Positions 62,916 to 64,000 of a stretch of 64,000 nt of DNA are shown piece by piece. How positions within the stretch are numbered: the stretch's first letter is position 1; every line of letters starts with the position of its first letter. This DNA comes from an uncultured Candidatus Micrarchaeota archaeon. Lineage in GTDB: Archaea; Micrarchaeota; Micrarchaeia; Anstonellales; Bilamarchaeaceae. The stretch covers positions 100 to 64,099 of the forward strand of contig CAWDQD010000007.1 of assembly GCA_963804385.1 (NCBI GenBank), given 5' to 3'. The notes beneath the pieces were generated by a model. The model had not been told where the DNA came from and ran no database searches. It saw only the letters and a program-made list of their open reading frames with translations. The translations under genes were made by a program, and so were the position numbers.

Positions 62916-63830
62916 ATGGAATTTAAGCATGTGATGGTTTTGTTGCTGCTTGCGCTTCCAATGGCTTATGCCCAGCCTGCCAATATATCTGGCCAGCTGC
63001 TCGGCTCTGCATTGGCGCATGTGGAATGCAAGACCACATTCGAGACGGGTATAGTGAATCTGTTAACGACCAGCACGTCGAGCGCGAATTCGCTCACGAC
63101 ATATGCGGCTACGCTGCAGGATGACCAGCAGAAGCTCCAGACGGATGCGAACAATGCTGATACATCTGCATGGAAGACCGATGTCGCGACCTATGATTCT
63201 GATGTGAAATCATTGAACGGCGCCATCGTCTCATGGCGGCTGGAGGGCGGGAAGAACCTGACCAACAGCAGCAGGCAGAATATCAAGTCCGGGGACACGT
63301 CCATGAGGGCAACGCTTGCTAGCTGCGAGCTCGATGCGCTCAAGGCGTACGCGAACACGAAATTGGCGTGGTACAATTCGGATCTCAGCGACGCACAGGC
63401 CAAGGCCGCCAACCTGAGCTCCAAGGGAGTGGACACGACCGCTTTGACTAGTGCGATATCATCGGCGCAGAGCACGATCGTGACTCCGTTCCAGTCCGCG
63501 ATAGAATCGGCAACCGATGCCAAAGGGGTGCTGAGCGCGCTCCAGCAATACTGCCTGTATGACGGCTGCAAGAGCGGGACCAACTTCCACTTCGCAGCCC
63601 AATGGGACATATCCAAGACCTCAGCGATAGAATCGTATCTCCAGGGTAAGCCGAAAGCCGGCAACTTCACGAGCCAGTTCTCGCAGGTTAGCGGCGATGT
63701 AAGCCAGTCCCAGTCGGCTCTAAGCGCGGTCGGGACGTCCTCGTACGGATCAGGCCAGAGCGATGCGGTCTTCAATCCTCTCAAGGATGCTGCCAGCGTT
63801 CTGAAGCAGATCGTAGCGGGGATGAGGTAA
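62916..63830 (+). CDS. secreted helical hypothetical protein
   Basis: Start MEFKHVMVLLLLALPMAYAQ is preceded by GGGGGAG. Ala/Ser/Thr/Gln-rich helical protein with sequons. The ORF-track start 62832 is rejected. Confidence 0.55.
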   Translation: MEFKHVMVLLLLALPMAYAQPANISGQLLGSALAHVECKTTFETGIVNLLTTSTSSANSLTTYAATLQDDQQKLQTDANNADTSAWKTDVATYDSDVKSLNGAIVSWRLEGGKNLTNSSRQNIKSGDTSMRATLASCELDALKAYANTKLAWYNSDLSDAQAKAANLSSKGVDTTALTSAISSAQSTIVTPFQSAIESATDAKGVLSALQQYCLYDGCKSGTNFHFAAQWDISKTSAIESYLQGKPKAGNFTSQFSQVSGDVSQSQSALSAVGTSSYGSGQSDAVFNPLKDAASVLKQIVAGMR

Positions 63831-64000
63831 TGGACGGGAAACTGTTCGTGCTAGGCGTTTCGTGGTGCTGCTATGCTGGCCTTCGGCTGCGCGGGAACAA
63901 CACGCCTCCGACCCAGTCCCAGCCTGGTCAGCAACCGATCGTTGCGGCAGGCCGGAGGCATCCAGCCAGATACAGCTGGGCGATGCGGACATCTCGCAGG

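Noticed and set aside
63750-64000. ORF 63750..63992 (minus) and a possible plus-strand gene start after 63830
   Set aside because: The sequence is too short and truncated by the window end. Several frames are open, and none has a recognisable motif or clear start context.

Overview
This window reads as a moderately GC-rich archaeal chromosome segment. Archaeal hallmarks: a Cdc48/VCP-type double-AAA ATPase, KEOPS kinase Bud32, AglB/STT3 with WWDYG, form III-type RuBisCO, DUF424, HTH_10 and tandem Lrp/AsnC regulators, archease, TTTATAAA-type TATA boxes about 25 nt upstream of start codons, and many ATGA start/stop overlaps. I support about 65 protein-coding genes and one probable SRP (7S) RNA. 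I recognised no rRNA, tRNA or CRISPR array by eye. Main points follow. (1) An envelope island at 28.9-47.8 kb. It holds a roughly 7.5 kb tri-modular, sequon-saturated beta-helix surface protein whose middle module is riddled with frameshifts. Next come two convergent operons with four radical-SAM enzymes, one fused to a B12-binding domain and a uridine-kinase-like P-loop domain, plus a phosphodiester-glycosidase-like protein. These sit directly downstream of a translationally coupled AglB-PAP2 pair. This is my best candidate for an undescribed system. (2) Two tandem bacterial-type sigma-70 paralogues driven by near-identical archaeal TATA promoters. (3) An RtcB RNA ligase broken by at least 5 frameshifts next to an intact archease. 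(4) An AT-rich LAGLIDADG homing-endonuclease-like gene abutting a frameshifted COG2403 P-loop gene. (5) A duplicated 79-bp leader with an inverted repeat covering the start codons of a radical-SAM/SPASM gene and its upstream neighbour. (6) A 21-nt motif shared by two distant promoters. All family assignments are by-eye motif recognition; no searches or computations were run, and boundaries of non-coding features are approximate.
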